Assembly (NCBI GenBank): GCA_963848135.1
Contig: CAWKCK010000017.1
Span: 186,001-250,000 of the forward strand
DNA: 64,000 nt
DNA from: an uncultured delta proteobacterium
Lineage (GTDB): Bacteria > Desulfobacterota > Desulfobacteria > Desulfobacterales > SG8-13
Reading direction: 5' to 3'
In this document: positions 61,721 to 64,000 of the stretch, in pieces
Layout of the letters: every line of letters starts with the position of its first letter
How positions within the stretch are numbered: position 1 is the stretch's first letter
Notes under the pieces: model-generated
Database searches by the model: none
Told to the model about the DNA's origin: nothing
Seen by the model: only the letters and a program-made list of their open reading frames with translations
Program-made: the position numbers and the translations under genes

Positions 61721-61756
61721 GGGTTTACAAGCATATAAGCTTGTAAATCCTTTTTT
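61721..61756 (+). terminator. Intrinsic terminator after tRNA-Val
   Basis: GGGTTTACAAGC-ATATAA-GCTTGTAAATCC followed by T6. Confidence 0.8.
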
Positions 61757-61831
61757 ATTGGTAGCAAATAAAGATTGGTTCTTGTGAAATGCTTGCTGTA
61801 AAGTTTTTATGGGATTTAAGGTTCTCATTTT

Positions 61832-63157
61832 TTACTTAGTTGTGACCATTTTGTGACCGGTGTCATTGAAAACGGTATTTTCAAGCCGACTGGCAGCCTC
61901 CTGATTCACCTTTTTCATTAGGTGAGCATAAATGTTCCAGGTCACTGTGGGACTCGAATGCCCGAGCTGTGCTTGAATGTATTTTATGTTTTCACCTTGC
62001 TCTATCAGTAGGCTTGCAAATGTGTGCCGTAAATCATGGAATCTGATCCGTTCAATTTTGGCCTCTATAAGTGCCGTATTGAAATAGCGACTGACGACAT
62101 TATTATGATTTAGAGGCTGTCCGGCCTCGTTCGGGAAAATGAGATCAAGATCATTTGGTAGACAGGCCAACTTCCCTTTTTTCAATTCGGCTATCATCGC
62201 CGGTCCCAGGTCAATTTTACGGTTCGATGTTTCGGTTTTTACATCGTACCATTCTTGATTGTTAAAGGTTCTCTGGATATGAACCTGGCTATTTTCCCAA
62301 TCCATATCAGACCATTTCCAACCAAATAGTTCCCCTTGCCGAGCCCCGCTGAAAATTGCCAGCCTAAAAAGCGTATTGTATTTTTGATCCGTAACGGCTT
62401 TGAGCAAGGCATTGATTTTATCGGGAGTTAAAACTTCGATTGTATCCTCTTTCTTGTTCCCTCTTGGCCGTTCAGCATCTGAAAACGGGTTGTAGGAAAG
62501 GTACTTGTGTCTTGCTGCATATTTAAAAATCTGACCCACTGATACCTGAACTTTCCTGATCGTTCCTATCGGCATTTCCTTAGCCTGCCTGTCAGTGATC
62601 CACTTTTCAATCATGGCAATTGTGATTCGATTGATTTTCAAATCTTCAAATTCAGAAAAATGATTGAGAGTGTGACCTTCGTATACGGACCAGGTTGAAG
62701 ATCTTATGTTCGGCTTTTTGTGTTTTAGCCATTCTTTAGCAACCTCGGGAAAAGTTGGAATCTTGGTTTCAGAAATGTAGATCCCCCTTGTAAGTTGATC
62801 CTCGATTTCTCTAAGTTTTTCTTTTGCTTTTTTTAGGGTTGCTCCCTTCTTTAAGGATTTTCGTATCCTTTTCCCCCGATTATCATAATAATCGAGGACA
62901 TAACCGGTGATCAAGATATCGAAAGCGACCTCTTTTCTTGGATCTGCCACCCAATTGACAACATCCGCTGAAATCAATTTCCTATTAAGTTCAACAAAGC
63001 GATAGAAGCGAGGATCAGGCTCAGCCGATGGCACATCAAGAAAGTCCGGATTTTTCATGTTGTTGATTCTTTTTACTAAAACGATCAGAGGCGATGTGGC
63101 GTATGCCCCGGTACGCACGATTAATAATAAATAGCCAAGTGAGATCGGTGTGAGCAA
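61832..63157 (-). CDS. Phage-type tyrosine integrase; N-terminus atypical and start uncertain
   Basis: GARQGE (R), KT, FHDLRH, LGH, IYAH (Y); arm-binding-like segment YVLDYYDNRGKRIRKSL. Confidence 0.9.
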   Translation of the reverse strand: MLTPISLGYLLLIVRTGAYATSPLIVLVKRINNMKNPDFLDVPSAEPDPRFYRFVELNRKLISADVVNWVADPRKEVAFDILITGYVLDYYDNRGKRIRKSLKKGATLKKAKEKLREIEDQLTRGIYISETKIPTFPEVAKEWLKHKKPNIRSSTWSVYEGHTLNHFSEFEDLKINRITIAMIEKWITDRQAKEMPIGTIRKVQVSVGQIFKYAARHKYLSYNPFSDAERPRGNKKEDTIEVLTPDKINALLKAVTDQKYNTLFRLAIFSGARQGELFGWKWSDMDWENSQVHIQRTFNNQEWYDVKTETSNRKIDLGPAMIAELKKGKLACLPNDLDLIFPNEAGQPLNHNNVVSRYFNTALIEAKIERIRFHDLRHTFASLLIEQGENIKYIQAQLGHSSPTVTWNIYAHLMKKVNQEAASRLENTVFNDTGHKMVTTK

Positions 63158-63198
63158 TTGTCGGATATATATTTCACCCTGAACAGGGGCATAGGTAA

Positions 63199-64000
63199 GG
63201 CCAACTGAATAACGTATAAATGCTTGTTAATATTTCTAAATTATGCTATTTCGGTTGCAAAAAGTGCACGGAAAACAAGCCATTTCACCGAAATTCCTTG
63301 CTCCAATGCGCCGGAGATTATGTACAGACACAATGAAAAACAGCTGAAATTTGTCGAGTTTCACCTGCCATTCGGCGGCAAATTACTAGCGGATAATCGC
63401 TGGGTCCGTTTGGCAGAGATGATTCCCTGGCACGAGTTCGAAGAGAAATACTGCCGGAATTTTACCGGCAGCGGTCAAGGACCACCGGCACTTTCAGTGT
63501 GCATGGCCTTGGCGGCACTGATTATTAAAGAGCGTCTGGGGCTCACCGACGAGGAGTGCGTGGAGCAGATCCGGGAGAACCCCTATCTGCAGTATTTTTG
63601 TGGGTTGCAGCAATTTACTACCGAGCAACCCTTTCATCCCACCATGCTAGTGCATTTTCGAAAACGCTTTTCCGTCGATGTTCTCAAGCATGTCAATGAG
63701 GTCATTGTCACCAGGGCCTCTGAGAGCATCAAAGAAGATGATGACGATGATGATCAGCCACAAGGCCCATCCAACAAGGGCAAGCTGGTGCTCGATGCGA
63801 CTTGCGTCCCGGCTGACATCACCTATCCGACTGACTTGAAGCTTCTGAACGCCGCCCGGCAGAAGAGCGAGCAGGTCATCGAGGTGCTGCATAAAAGCCG
63901 TGGTCGAGGTTTTAAGAAGCCTCGAACCTATCGAGTAAAAACCAGAAAAGCCTACCTTGCTGTGGCCAAAAGCAGGAGAGTCGGCGGCCGAAAACTTCGT
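63199..64000 (+). mobile_element. IS5-family insertion sequence, right part outside the window
   Basis: Probable left end GGCCAACTGAATAA preceded by TAA, followed by the transposase ORF. Confidence 0.7.
63320..64000 (+). CDS. IS5-family transposase, 3'-truncated by the window (absent from the ORF track)
   Basis: MYRHNEKQLKFVEFHLPFGGKL..DNRWV..A..IPW, DEECVEQIRENPYLQYFCG, HFRKR, LDATCVPADITYPTD..LLN; GGAG RBS. Confidence 0.88.
   Translation, partial: MYRHNEKQLKFVEFHLPFGGKLLADNRWVRLAEMIPWHEFEEKYCRNFTGSGQGPPALSVCMALAALIIKERLGLTDEECVEQIRENPYLQYFCGLQQFTTEQPFHPTMLVHFRKRFSVDVLKHVNEVIVTRASESIKEDDDDDDQPQGPSNKGKLVLDATCVPADITYPTDLKLLNAARQKSEQVIEVLHKSRGRGFKKPRTYRVKTRKAYLAVAKSRRVGGRKLR

Larger units (their letters stand above)
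61711..64000. mobile_element. Left part of a genomic island or prophage remnant integrated at tRNA-Val
   Basis: A tyrosine integrase ends about 120 bp from the tRNA 3' end; the sequence is visibly AT-richer than the core genes; an IS follows. Confidence 0.7.

Noticed and set aside
1..64000. CRISPR array, rRNA or defence system
   Set aside because: No regularly spaced repeat-spacer array, rRNA-like sequence or recognisable defence gene was seen; island cargo lies beyond the window.

Overview
Mostly core chromosome of a deltaproteobacterial, Desulfobacterales-like organism (inferred from gene content and order). Left to right: 5'-truncated dnaB, hflX, suhB, a divergent stand-alone dnaA-like gene facing uvrA, the F0 half of an ATP synthase operon (atpZ/I-like, atpI, atpB, atpE), and a minus-strand run (GGDEF-PilZ, Trm112-like, DUF4416-like, yicC, remA-like, gmk, rlmB, icd, comF, pgeF, pyrK). 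Then a large LPS region: two tandem waaA, lpxL, GT9/GT4/GT2 transferases, O-antigen ligase, a frameshifted asnB-like amidotransferase and a sulfotransferase, converging on lysS-lolE-lolD-bamA-skp-lpxD-fabZ-lpxA-gnnA-like-lpxB-msbA-lptF-lptG-lpxK. Then pilC-pilS, a DHH/CBS tRNA nucleotidyltransferase, trpS-scpA-scpB, an IHF/HU gene and tRNA-Val(CAC), followed by the edge of an integrated element (tyrosine integrase plus IS5-family transposase). Best leads: (1) the DnaA paralogue has an Hda-type beta-clamp motif (QLSLP), a degenerate ATPase/arginine finger and an altered DnaA-box recognition helix, with variant DnaA-box-like sites upstream; (2) an unannotated 65-bp two-hairpin element occurs twice, 26 kb apart, upstream of the diguanylate cyclase and of skp; (3) inverted 9-bp tandem arrays lie between yicC and remA; (4) the integrase ORF has a foreign in-frame N-terminus cut by the IS. 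All calls come from reading motifs by eye; no searches were run.
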